Positions 1 to 13,400 of a DNA stretch of 64,000 nucleotides are shown one piece after another; the stretch's first letter is position 1; each line of letters begins with the position of its first letter. The stretch spans positions 1-64,000 of the forward strand of contig JAPDFW010000127.1 of the NCBI GenBank assembly GCA_028826165.1, in the 5' to 3' direction. Source of the stretch: Anaeramoeba ignava BMAN (Eukaryota; Protista; Anaeramoebae). Position numbers and translations under genes: made by a program. The notes below the pieces were generated by a model. The model was given only the letters and a program-made list of their open reading frames with translations. It was not told the DNA's origin and did not search any database.

Positions 1-2285
1 ATTTTCAAAATGATAATTCAAAGTGTTGAATTTATTGACAATACACAACTTGAACCATTTCGGCTTTTATTTTCATCTGATCTTTTATTTGAAGTTGGAG
101 AATCACAATTAAAACAAGAAATACTTGAAAAATTATATTGGCCATCAATGGGATCACATCCATTTCAACAAGAATTTGAAAAAGAAAAAAGTTATTGGAA
201 ATTTTGTGAAAAGGGACATTTAAATTTTGTGAAATCTTCTCATATTAAATTACAAAATTGGTGTGAATTTTGTAAATCAAGTTTAAAAGAAAATGAAATT
301 GATTCAGAATTTTTTGAAAATGTTTTATCTTATTCAGTTTCTAAAATACCAAATTCAAATCCATTATTAACATATCGAAAATTACATCCAATAACTTTTA
401 GAATTATTAGATTATTAATTCATTCATCAATTCTTCCTTTTTCAATTATTTCTGAAAAATTTTCAAATCATTTCATTTCAATGATTAATAATTGTGTTTT
501 TAAACCAAAAAATCAAAAAGAATTAATCCAACAATTAATTTCTCATATTGGAAATGATTTATTGATTATATCCAAATTAACAAATCTTACAAATTATCAA
601 TCAATACTTTATTATTATGAAACATTAAAATTATTTTCCAAAAAGAGAATTCCAAATTTTTTATTAAGAAAAGATAATTTCAAAGAAGTTGAAACAAGAA
701 ATAAATTGGAAGAAATATTTTCTGATGTTTTCAAAGAAAATCATGAAAAAATAATTGGAAATATTAAAAGAAAATATAAAATCAACAAAAAACTACAACA
801 ATCCAAAACAAAAATAAATTTATTTGATTTATCAAAACCAAATTTATATCCAATTATTAATTTATACATTCAAAAAAAAGAAAAGAAGATTTTGAAAAAT
901 ATCCATTAATTAAATTTATAATTGAAAATTATCCAAAATTAGAAATATTAAATTTATTTGAAGGATTTATTAAATTTACAAGTTTAATAATGAAAAAAAT
1001 GAATGGAAAAATTTCAAAAGAAGAAGCAAAAGTAATTCAAATTCAAAAATTTATTGAAACAGAAAACAATCCAATAATCAATAAATTATATTTACAATTT
1101 GAAGAATTTTGGAAATTAAGTTCAAAAGAAATTAAATATTTACAAATTACAAAAGAAATTAATGATGATAATTTCAAAGATGAAATTAAAAAAGAAGATA
1201 TAATTGATTTTTGTTTAACAGGAAAAGAAAATTATAATTTAATGATTCCAATATTAATTGAACATTCAATTAATCTACATAATGAATTAATTAAATCTCC
1301 ATTTCTAAAATCTATTTTCCAAGATTCACAACATAATCAAAATAATGAAAATATTGAAAATAATGAAAATATTCAAGGATTTAAAGAATCAATTCTTCAT
1401 TTCCCAAAAATATTAAATTCAGATTTTATTAAAATTATCAAATTTAATATTCAAGAATTTCAAGAATTTATAAATTATAATAATTTAATTCAAAAATTAG
1501 ATTATATTGAAGAATTTATTAGAAAAAAATTAAATTATTTAAAAGAAACAAATATTTTCAAAATTGAAATTGAAACTTTTAATTATTATGGAAAACAAAT
1601 TGAAATCAAAAAAGAATTTCTTGAAATAGAAATAAAATGGGAACAAGAAGAATTATATGAGTATCAATGGAAACAAATTAAAGAAGAATTAGAAAGGAAT
1701 AATTTGTTTGCAACTTTTGAAAAACTTATTGAATATGTAATTTTGGGATGTCAAAATATTAAAAATGAAAATGAAAATAAATTTTCAAAATTAAAAGATT
1801 TACCAATAATAGAATTTATTAAAACAAAACTTGAATTTCAATTTAAATTTGAATTTAAAAATTTGGAAGATATTGAAAATGATTTACCAGCATTTAAACG
1901 ATTTGCTAAAATGAAACATCTTTTATTTATTCATAAACAATTTAAAGATGATTTTGAAAATGTTTTGGAAAATCTTGATAAAAAATTCAAATGGGAAATG
2001 ACTTCTTTCCAAATTTCATTATTGGAAAATTCATTAGAAAAAATTACAAAAAATATCCCAATATTTGATTTTATTTGTGTTTTGAAAGATTTTATTAGGA
2101 AACTTAAAGGAAATTTGAATAATAATTATCCATTTAAAAAATTATTTCTTTTTTCAATTAAAGATAAAACAACAATTATTTATAAAGAAATTGAAGAAAA
2201 TTTTGATAATGATGAAGGTATTTTATTAGGAAACAGTTCTCATGTTTATCAATTTTGCTCAGATATTTTTAATGGAAGAAATTAA
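1..2285 (+). CDS. 3' part of an RNF213/mysterin-like giant E3 ligase (RZ-finger region and C-terminal domain); 5'-truncated, with a frameshift in the poly-A at ~870-890
   Basis: Frame is open from base 1. LYWPSM..YWKFCEKGH..WCEFC resembles the RNF213 FLPTM..WYTCPNGH..CxxC RZ finger, and YRKLHPITFRIIRLLIH resembles the following RNF213 motif. ORFs 10-909 and 990-2285 join via EDFEKYPLIKFII in the shifted frame. Confidence 0.65.
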
Positions 2286-2990
2286 AATTAAAATTAAAAT
2301 CAAAATTAAAATAAAATTAAAATTAAAATTAAAATTAAAATTAAAATTAAAATTAAAATTAAAATTAAAATTAAAATTAAAATTAAAATTAAAATTAAAA
2401 TCAAAATTAAAATTAAAATCAAAATTAAAATTAAAATTAAAATTAAAATTAAAATTAAAATTAAAATTAAAATTAAAAATTAAAATTAAAATTAAAATTA
2501 AAATTAAAATCAAAATTAAAATTAAAATTCAAAATCAAAATTAAAATCAAAATAAAAATTAAAATTAAAATTAAAATCAAAATTAAAATTAAAATTAAAA
2601 TTAAAATTAAAATTAAAATTAAAATTAAAATTAAAATCAAAATTAAAATTAAAATTAAAATTAAAATTAAAATCAAAATTAAAATTAAAATTAAAATTAA
2701 AATTAAAATTAAAATTAAAATTAAAATCAAAATTAAAATTAAAATTAAAATTAAAATCAAAATTAAAATTAAAATTAAAATTAAAATTAAAATTAAAAAT
2801 TAAAATTAAAATTAAAATTAAAATCAAAATTAAAATTAAAATTAAAATTAAAATAAAATTAAAATTAAAATAAAAATTAAAATTAAAATTAAAATAAAAT
2901 TAAAATTAAAATTAAAATTAAAATTAAAATTAAAATTAAAATTAAAATTAAAATAAAAATTAAAATTAAAAATTAAAATAAAAGAAAAAA
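2282..2990. repeat. (TTAAAA/TCAAAA)n hexamer satellite, intergenic
   Basis: Directly visible; generates the spurious IL/KI/NF ORFs. Confidence 0.95.
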
Positions 2991-3113
2991 AAAGAAAATT
3001 AAATTTCTTCTTTTAATTTTTAATTTAGGAAAAAAGTGGAACAAAAAAATTTCTTTTGTTTTCTTTTTTTGTTTTTTTGTTTTTTTTTGTTTTGTTTTGT
3101 TTTGTTGTTTTGA

Positions 3114-6100
3114 TTAAATTTTGGAAATTTCTTTTAAAGGAGAATTTTTAGAATTTTCATTTAATAAATACATCCAATAACTATGTTCTTCATGATTTTC
3201 ACAACGAATATATAAATGAATTTTTGAAGGTTTTTCACGAATTAAAGAGAAAGTATTTTTTCCACGATATTTTGAAGAAGTAGTTTCATAAATCTGAACA
3301 TTATTATCAATAAAAATTATTTCTCTTGGAGAAGAATCAGTTGAATTTCTAAAAATTCCTAATTGATTTGGTTTAAAAACAATGTACCATTTTTTCCATT
3401 CTTTTGAATTTCCAGTTTTGATTAAAACCCAACCTTCTTTTTTAGTTGGATTTGATTTCGTTTTATTCCATTCATTTGAAATTTGTTCGTCAGTATTTGA
3501 AGAGATTGAATAAATATTTTGATTTTCTTTTCTTGAATTTTCTGAGTTTTCTGATTCACTTTTGATTTCTGAAGTATTTTCAGTTTTTGTTTCTAAATCT
3601 TTTGATTTATTATGTAATTCAGATCTGGTTTCATTTGTAATATTATCATCATTTTCTGTTTGTGTTGTTAATCCTTGAATAATTGAAACAAATATATTTT
3701 TAAATGAATCCATTGCTTGATTTGTTTTTTGAACTTCAGTTTCAAATTTTCTTATTTTGTTTTTTAATATATGAAGTCTTTCCATTCCAAGTATTGAAAA
3801 AAAATCTTTCTTGTTTTTTTCTGTTAATTCAAATAAAATTCCTGCAAGAAATAATGATATTTCTTGTATGTTTTGTGTATGTGTTTGAAATAAAAGATGC
3901 ACATGATTTGGAAGCATTGATTGTTGTTTTTCATTTGATTTTTCATTTGAATTTTTTTGATTATTTTGAATTTTCTAAATAAAAAATAATTTAAATTTAA
4001 AATTTAATATTTAAAATTTAAAATTAATATTAAAAATATTTTACACAAATTGATTCTAAAAAATTCATCTTTCTATTCGATAAATTATTCAATTCCGAAT
4101 TCATAAATTCTAAATGATGTTCTGATTTATCAAAATTTTTTGAGTTTCCAAAAGTTGAAATGATTTCAGAAATTAATTTTAAACCACGATCAGAATTATC
4201 ATTTGGGGAGAAATCAATCACATCAAATTCTATTGGAGAAGAAATTGCAGGACTTATAAAAATAGTGAAAAATAAAGAACTAATTGGATCAAGAGCGCCA
4301 CTAATAAATTTTTGTTCCATTTCATTTTTGATATGATTAAAAATGACTCTAAATCCATGAGGTATATTTTCAGGATGCTGAAATAATGCGTTGATAAATT
4401 CCCTGAAAAACGAGTGCAGATTCTTTGTGTTTTCTGAGTAATCGTCTGAGAAAAAAGGATCAACTTCAAAACATAAGTTACTTTTCGCCAATTTATTTAT
4501 TGTTTGATTCAAAGTCTCATACAAATATTTTGATCCGTGATATTTAAATAAAAGACGAATTGAAGTCATTGCCAATTCATCCTTAATAAGAGAATCAGTT
4601 GATTTTGCGCGAATTATGTGGCAAGAAATGGCCATTTTGATGAATGATAAAGACAAGTCAAATTGTTCCAAAAAGAAAAATATTGATTCCGTTAATGGAG
4701 TTACAAAATTTCTACAAATATCTGGATCTATGATTGATGTTAATAAATATATTTCGTCTGGAAATAAAAATTCTTTAAAAAATTCTTGATTTTTTTCTGC
4801 GCTGATATAAAATACACTTTGGTTATCTATTTTTCCTTTTTCTGACATTTGATTTGCTAGTTCAAGTAAATTTTCAGGAAAAATTGATTCGATAATTATT
4901 CTTATAATTTTAGAAAATGCTGTTTTTTTAGCAATTGAAACAACATCATTTGCTTTCTAAAAAATTAAAAATTAAAAATTAAAAATTAAAAATTAAAAAT
5001 TTAAAAAATATATTCACTTTTTCTGGTTCTTCAATTCCTAAATAATAAAATGATTGATGTAAAATTTGGATCAATTTTTCAAAATCAATATGACCAACTA
5101 AAACTTGATTTAAAGAACGGAAAATTTCAAATTGATTTTGATCTTAAAAAAAAATATATAAATATATAAATTTCAAAATTTAATTAATAAAAAATAATTA
5201 TTTTTTTTATACCTGATTGAAATATTAAATTTGAAATGCTATTTGCTAATTTTTCTTTAAAAAGAAATGAGAATAAGAAAATAAAAAATAATATTTCAAT
5301 TGAATGTTCTAATTCTGTATCAATTTGTTCATTTTCATCAATAAAAAATTCAAGAACTCTTTCTTTTGAATTAAGAATAATTTCTTCATGATAAATTGGT
5401 GAAAAAATAACTTTTTGTAAAGCTTCAGTTAAATCAACATTAATTGGAATATCTGTTAATATTTGTAATATTGAGATGATTCCATTAAAAATCAAATTTA
5501 CATCTCCATTTAATAACTTTTTTTTAATTTTCAAAATGAATTTTAATTTTCAAAATGAATTTTAATTTTTATTCAAAATGAATTTTAATTTTTAAAATGA
5601 ATTTGTTTAAATTAAAATGAATTTTAATTTTCAAAATGAATTTTAATTTTTTAAAATGAATTTTAATTTTCAAAATGAATTTTAATTTTTTAAAATAAAC
5701 CTGTGAATTAAGTTTGCAATTTTCATGAATATAAGAACCAAATAAAGAAAATAAATGATCCATTTTTGTTTGTAAAGTAAGAAAATTATTTAATGTTTGA
5801 ATATTCTTGTTTGCTAAAGAAATTAATTTAATCATTTGAGGAGAATCTGGAATTTTAATATCTCCAATTTGTTTATTTAAAAATTGATAATTTTTAAGTG
5901 AATCAAATTGGAAAATATCTTCTCTATTTTGATTTTGATTTAATAAAATATCTCTTCTTTTTTGTGATAATTTTGGAATTAAAGGTGATTCATTTTCATT
6001 TGTATTTTGAATATCATTTTGTGAATTTTCTTTTTGTTTTAACCAACTTTTATCTTTTAAATTAATTTCTTTTTCATTTTTTGATTTCATTTGAGAAACT

Positions 6101-7434
6101 AATTTAGAAATATCCTTTTTATTAGAAAAAGAAAGTGATCTTTTTCTTTTATCTTGAATTTCTTGTATTAAAACTTCTACATCATTTGATACTTTTCTCT
6201 TGAAATTTAAAAAATGAATTTAAAAAATGAATTTAAAATAAAATTGAAATGAGTTATAAATAAAGTTAAAATAAGTTATAAATAAATTGAAATAAATTGT
6301 AAATAAGTTATAAATAAGTTATAAATAAGTTGTAAATAAGTTATAAATAAGTTATAAATAAGTTATAAATAAGTTATAAATAAGTTATAAATAAGTTATA
6401 AATAAGTTATAAATAAGTTATAAATAAGTTATAAATAAGTTATAAATAAGTTATAAATAAGTTATAAATAAGTTATAAATAAGTTATAAATAAGTTATAA
6501 ATAAGTTGTAAATAAGTTATAAATAAGTTATAAATAAGTTGTAAATAAGTTATAAATAAGTTATAAATAAGTTATAAATAAGTTATAAATAAGTTATAAA
6601 TAAATTGAAATAAGTTATAAATAAGTTATAAATAAGTTATAAATAAGTTATAAATAAGTTATAAATAAGTTATAAATAAATTGAAATAAGTTATAAATAA
6701 GTTGTAAATAAGTTATAAATAAGTTATAAATAAGTTGTAAATAAGTTATAAATAAGTTATAAATAAATTGAAATAAGTTATAAATAAGTTATAAATAAGT
6801 TATAAATAAGTTATAAATAAGTTGTAAATAAGTTATAAATAAGATATTACTTCATCCATTTTCTTTTCTTCTTTAACTTCTTGTTTTTCAGAAACATTAA
6901 CTGTTGGATTCCATAAAAAAAGATAACAACAAAATTGAATAATTTCAAGAATATCTCCCTAAATAAAAATATATTATATTAATAAAAGAAAAATAATTTT
7001 AATTTTAATTTTAATTTTAATTTTAATTTTTACATTTTGAATTTTTTCTGATGAACAAATTGTTCCTTGAAAACCATTTTTAATTAAAAATACAATTAAA
7101 GATTGAACAGTTAATTTTTCTTTTGAAAATAGATTTGTATCTAAATTAATTGAATTAATTAATTCAAGAATCATTTCTGGATTCTAAAAAAAAAACAATA
7201 AATGTTTAATTTTATTTTAAATTTTATTTTTTTTTTTGCTTTTTTTCTTTTTACTTTTAATTCACTAAAATTTGTAATTTTATTTTTTGTTTGATTTTTA
7301 ATCCAATAAAGAAGCATATCTTCTGGTTTTTTAGATTGTGTTGAATCTTCTTCTTGTAATTTCATTAATTCTTTCATTTTTGGATGAAATCTTACTCTGT
7401 AAAGTAAAGCTCTAATTTCAATTGGAAAATCCAT
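3114..7434 (-). CDS. Multi-exon protein: N-terminal CH-like domain, RasGAP-like domain, C-terminal PH domain
   Basis: LLYWIKNQ..ITNFSELK|DSRMILELINSI is CH-like; FEVDP..FISPAISSPIEF..RGLKLISEII is RasGAP-like; KEGWVLIK..WKKWY..EHSYWMYLL is PH. GT-AG introns lie between the ORF pieces. Confidence 0.75.
6240..6842. repeat. Intronic 11-bp satellite (AAATAAGTTAT)n
   Basis: Tandem copies inside an intron of the RasGAP-like gene. Confidence 0.95.
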
Positions 7435-7499
7435 TTATTAAAAAAAAGAAAAAAAATGAAATTTTATTTTTTCATTTTTTTTTTCATTTTTTTTTTAAA

Positions 7500-10273
7500 A
7501 TGTCTCATAACTTTAAAGATAATTTGTTTTAATCATGAAAATGATTTAATTTGTTGTTCTCATCAAAGTGGATTTACAATTTTTAATTGTGAACCTTTTG
7601 AAAAAAAGATGAATAGAGGTTTTTTTCTATTTGAAAATAATTTTTAATTTTAAAACAAAAATTTTTTTAATTTATTTTTATCATTAATAAAATGAATAAA
7701 GTATTTGAACAAACAGGAATTTCAAAATGTCAAATTTTAAATCGTTCAAATATTTCAATATTTTTTGGTGATGGTTCAAGTAATTTTGTCAAGAATGATG
7801 AAGTAAAAGAAAGCGAAATATTTTTAATTTAATTTAATTTAATTTAATTTAATTTAATTTATCAAGTTTAATTTAATTTAATTTAATTTAATTTAATTTA
7901 ATTTAATTTAATTTAATTTAATTTAATTTAATTTATCAAGTTTAATTTAATTTAATTTAATTTAATTTAATTTAATTTAATTTAATTTTTAATTTAATTT
8001 ATCAAGTTTAATTTATATTTTAATTTATAAAGTTTAATTTAATTTAATTTTTTTAATTTAATTTAATTTAATTTATCAAGTTTAATTTAATTTATCAAGT
8101 TTAATTTAATTTAATTTAAAGTTTAATTTAATTTATCAATTTAATTTAATTTAATTTAATTTAATTTAATTTAAATTTAATTTAATTTAATTTAATTTAT
8201 CAAGTTTAATTTAATTTAATTTAATTTAATTTAATTTAAATTTAATTTAATTTAATTTAATTTAATTTAATTTAATTTAATTTAATTTAATTTAATTTAA
8301 TTTAATTTAATTTAATTTAATTTTAATTTAATTTAATTTAATTTAATTTAATTTAATTTAATTTAATTTAATTTAATTTAAGTTTAATTTAATTTAATTT
8401 AATTTAATTTAATTTAAGTTTAATTTAATTTATCAAGTTTAATTTAATTTAATTTATCAAGTTTAATTTAATTTAATTTAAGTTTAATTTAATTTATCAA
8501 GTTTAATTTATCAAGTTTAATTTAATTTATCAAGTTTAATTTAATTTAATTTAATTTAATTTAATTTAATTTAATTTAATTTAATTTAATTTAATTTAAT
8601 TTATCAAGTTTAATTTAATTTAATTTAATTTAATTTATCAAGTTTAATTTAATTTAATTTAATTTAATTTAATTTATCAAGTTTAATTTATTTAATTTAA
8701 TTTAATTTAATTTAATTTAATTTAATTTATCAAGTTTAATTTAATTTAATTTTAATTTAATTTAATTTAATTTAATTTAATTTAAATTTAATTTAATTTA
8801 AAGTTTAATTTAATTTAATTTAATTTAATTTAATTTAATTTAATTTAATTTAATTTAATTTAATTTAATTTAATTTAATTTAATTTAATTTAATTTAATT
8901 TAATTTAATTTAATTTAATTTAATTTAATTTAATTTAAATTTAATTTAATTTAATTTAATTTAATTTAATTTAATTTAATTTAATTTAATTTAATTTAAT
9001 TTAATTTAATTTATTTAATTTAATTTAATTTAATTTAAATTTAATTTAATTTAATTTAATTTATCAAGTTTAATTTAATTTATCAAGTTTAATTTAATTT
9101 AATTTATCAAGTTTAATTTAATTTAATTTATCAAGTTTAATTTAATTTAATTAATGAATAAATATTTATGTAAAAATAATAAATAAATAAGGTATTCGTT
9201 TGGGATGATGATATGTTTCAATGTGTACATAAATTTTCTGTTGGAGAACCTGTTTTAAATATTGGGATTCAATTAACATTCATTTATATTGTAACTCAAA
9301 GTAAAATATTTGCTTATGAAACTCAAAATGGAAAACTTATTCATGATATTGAAACATATCTTAATCCAAAAGGTTTATTAAGTCTTTGTGGAAATTCTTC
9401 ACTTTCTATTATAGCTATTCCTGGTAAAAAATCAGGAAATGTTAGAGTAATTGATTGCGCTGCTTTAAATAAACTTGATCAAGAATTCACGTAAAAAAAA
9501 ATTTAATTAATAATAATAATAATAATTGAATATTTTTGTTAATTTATTAATTAATTAAAATTTTTGTTTAGTGCATTTGATCATGAAATTCAACAAATTA
9601 AATTAAATTATGATGGAACTAAAGTAGCAACAGCTTCTGAAGAGGTTTTATTTCAATTTATTTTTTTAATTTTTTTTGTTCCACTTTTTTTTTAATTGAT
9701 TTTTTTTGTTCCACTTTTTTTAAATTTTTTAATTTTTTAATTTTATTTTTAAATAGGGAACTTTGGTTAGAGTTTTTGATACAAGTACTGGAAAACAAAT
9801 TAAAGAATTTCGAAGAGGAACACAAAAAAGCTACCATTTATTCAATTTCTTTTGATTTAAATTCACATTATATTGGAATTACTTCTTCTTCAAAAACAAT
9901 TCATATTTTTGAATTACCTGATTTTAATCAACAATCAAATATAAAAAAAAGGTTTTTTTTATTTAAAATTTAAAATTTAAAATTTAAAATTTTTATTGTT
10001 TTCTTTTTTAAAATTTTTTAGAAAAGAAGGAACAGATAGAAGTATAATGAAAGTTAAAATTCCAAGTCAAGAATATTCAATTTGTGGTTTTGATAAAAAA
10101 GGATATTTTTATAGTAAATTTTTTAATTTTAAATTTTTTAAATTTTTTAATTAATTTTTTTTTTAATTTTAGTTGTTACAAAAAGTGGAAAATTTTATCA
10201 ATTCCAAATTGATTTTCAACAACAAAAAATGACAAAAAAATCTTCATATAATTTACATTCAAAATCCGATTAA
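7500..10273 (+). CDS. ATG18: Atg18/WIPI (PROPPIN) WD40 autophagy protein, multi-exon
   Basis: Exons encode CFNHENDLICC..GFTIFNCEPF, VFVWDD, NPKGL, LNYDGTKVATASEE|GTLVRVFDTSTGKQIKEFRRG and SSSKTIHIF. Apparent 1-nt frameshifts near the start and at ~9825. Confidence 0.88.
7826..9150. repeat. Intronic (AATTT)n satellite with interspersed TATCAAGTT units
   Basis: Fills the intron ~7803-9191. Confidence 0.95.
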
Positions 10274-10434
10274 ATTTAAAACAAAATTTATTTTTCATTT
10301 ATTCCACTTTTTTTTTTTTGCTTTTTTTTAAATTTAAAAAAAAATAATTTAAATGAATTTTGAATTTTTAAATTTTATTTCCTTTCCGTTTCAATTTTTT
10401 TATCAAAAAAACAAAAACAGAATTTAAAATCAAA

Positions 10435-13400
10435 TTAATTATTATTGTCAAAAAAGTTTGATAATTGTTTAATAAGCGCTTTTAATTTTTCATCTTCTAA
10501 TTCCTTTTCATTAAACAATTCTATAACTTTATTTCCAAAATTTTTATTTTGGACATTTTGAAAATTCTGTTTAAATTCTATTGATAAATGATGAGAAATT
10601 TTAAAGAAAATTGCAAGAAGATTATTTAGAAAAATAGTTTTTTTCTGATAAGAATCTTGACGAGAAATATTCCAATTCAAATCAAGGAATTTGAGAAAAA
10701 GATTCTGAGAAAATATTTCATTTTCATTTTCATTTTCATTTTCATTTTCTTTTTCACTGTTAAACAAGATGAATGTTGAAAAAAAATCAATAAATATTTG
10801 AGAAAGGAAATTTGAATTAAACAAAACGGAATTATCAAGAAGAAGATGCAAATATTTTCCCAGATCTTCTTTTAAATTGGTAAATTTTGATAATGAAAAC
10901 TTTGGAAGTTGAGAATTCCATTTTGAAATGAATTTTTGGAAATGGCGAAATAATTGATTTTTTGGATCAAAAGAAATTCCATAAAACTGAATAAATAGTA
11001 GAATGATGAAATGAAAAAAATTGATGAATATTTTTTGTCTTGATTCAAGATCAATCGAAGTGTCTTCAAAAAATAGGCAAATTTTATCTGATAGAGAAGA
11101 GAACACATCGGAAAATTCTTTTGTCAAAATTATTTTTGTAATGTTGTTTTTGTTGTATTTTCCTTTTTTGTTGCGTATTTTCATGTGTTCTTGATATATA
11201 ACTTCGAAAATATAATCTGTATTTGCGATTTGAAATTCTGTTATTGATTCTTTTGTGATTACAAGAATTGCTTTTAAAATATCGATTTTGAATAATTTTG
11301 AATTTTGAAGAACAGCTTCCGAATAAATAAACAAGAGAAGATTTTCTACAAGAAAACAAACATAACGCCGCCATTTGGCTTGCGAAATTGGTCCTTCTTT
11401 TCGTATTGAATACTCTATTTGAGAAAATATTTTGATAAAATATCCTGAAGAATCAATGATTTTCTGGATTTCTGAAATTTCGATCTGTTGTTCCATTTCT
11501 ACGTTTTGATTTGGAGAAGAATTGATTTGCTCTGAATATTTTTTTAATGGAGTAAATAGTTTGCCATAATATCCCAATATGATATCTTCGCCATTCAAAG
11601 AAAGAAATTCTGTGCAGTCCTTTTCAGATTGCAAACATATTTTCAATATTTTTAGTCGATTCAATATTTGGAAAAAAGGTTCATTTTTTTCTGGGTTTTC
11701 GTGTAAAGAAAGTTTAATAAGAAAAAGTCTGATTTTCTCGTTTTGCAGTGATGATTCGCAAAAGTTATCAATGATAAATTGCAATTCCTCATCTGAAACT
11801 ATTTTGGGAATGAAAATAATTGAAGGCATCACTTCTGAACTCAGTTGTGAATCAAGAAATATATCACAAACTTGGCCCGATTTTTTGCAAATAAAACTCC
11901 AAATTTTGAGGTATAAAACAATTTGATTTTTGTTTTGCAAAATCTTTTGTTTTTCAATGGAAGATGATAAGTTATATTTTGTGTATTGAGAAACAACAAA
12001 TTGCAGAAATTCTAAAAGTGAATCTTGTGCGTTATCTATAATCATTGTTTGGTCTTGAATTTGCAAGAATAGTTTCCAAAAAGTTGCTAATTTTGTGTTG
12101 TAAAATTCCAAGGATTCCAAATCAAATATCATTTTAGTCAAAAATGGAGCAAGCTCTGTAAGCCTATAAATTTCGTAATCCGATTGAAATTTAGGCATCC
12201 AAATATCAACAGTTTTAATCCACGAAATTCTCTCTTCTTGAGTTATGCCCGATCTCGATATTTGTAATATTATACTGTTTGTTTTTTCTCGGATTGTCTT
12301 TGAAGACGAGTAGAAATATCCAAACAAATAATTTTTTTTTTCAGTGAAAAAACTTGAAACATATTGGTTCATTTTGATTGATTTTTCCAATTCTTCAAGA
12401 TATATTTCATGAATAACACCAGGTATAATTGTTGTAAAATTCTCTAATAGTTTGTATGTTCGTAATTTTTGGAGTGAATCGTTCCAATAAATCATATTGA
12501 ATACAAATCCCAAATGATTTTTGAATTGAGTTATCGATATGATTTTTTTGGTTGTTTTAATCAGAATATTAATCAATTTTTCTGTTAGTTCTGTGTTGTT
12601 GTATGCAAATATAGGAAGAATTGTTGTGAAAAATTTCTGATCAAATTGATAAAGAATGTATTTTTTCAAGAATTTTGATTCCAGTAGCATTTTTCTATCT
12701 AAAACAGATAATTTCAATTCATCTTCATTATTATTATTATTTTCATTATTTTCATTATTTTCATTATTTTGATTTTCATCTTCATTTTCATCTTGAAGAT
12801 TTACATCCTTTAATAAAGTAACTATAAATTGTGTTATAAAATTTGATTGTCTAATAACCTTTTCTTGAATCGTTTTCTTTCTTGAGATTTTTGTTTTAAT
12901 AGGAGAATCATTTCCAAGAAATGTGTGAATCACTTTAGATATAAAGTTTGTTGAAAGAAAAAAATATTTTATGGTGATATTCAATTGAATCAAATAATTA
13001 ATAATATAAAAATAGAAAGCAATGTTATCCCATTCAGAAACATATAAAGGAATCTGAAAAATCATAAATTTGAGGAAGCGAAACAAACAAGATTCTTCAT
13101 CAGACTCCTCAGAAACTGAAGAGTTGATTAAATCTTTTAAAATTGGATTTTGTGAAGTCAAATCAGAATCATCTTGATCTCGAATTTGATCCTCAATAAT
13201 TTTTCTTTTTTTCGTTCTCGAACTCCTTTTCAAATCATTTATTTTTTCTCGATACTTTTTCCACAAAACAGAGAAATCAGAAGAATAAGGAAGAGAATTC
13301 AAAGGATAAAATAATATAATAACATTAAAAACATTCTGATTTAATTGAGATTCTTCAAGATCAAGTAATTTTGCAAAAGAATATTGTAAAATTTTCAAAA

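Noticed and set aside
10-2285. Alternative genetic code to explain broken ORFs
   Set aside because: Breaks are explained by introns or frame changes; TAA and TGA terminate well-conserved genes normally.
2242-2827. ORFs of IL/KI/NF/FD dipeptides here and at 14062, 16545-16962, 31488, 38922, 40785-41141, 48238 and 54704-55328
   Set aside because: Translations of stop-free hexamer satellites, or antisense/alternate frames of N/Q tracts.
2282-2990. (TTAAAA)n as a telomere
   Set aside because: Internal, lacks G, and the same motif fills introns elsewhere.
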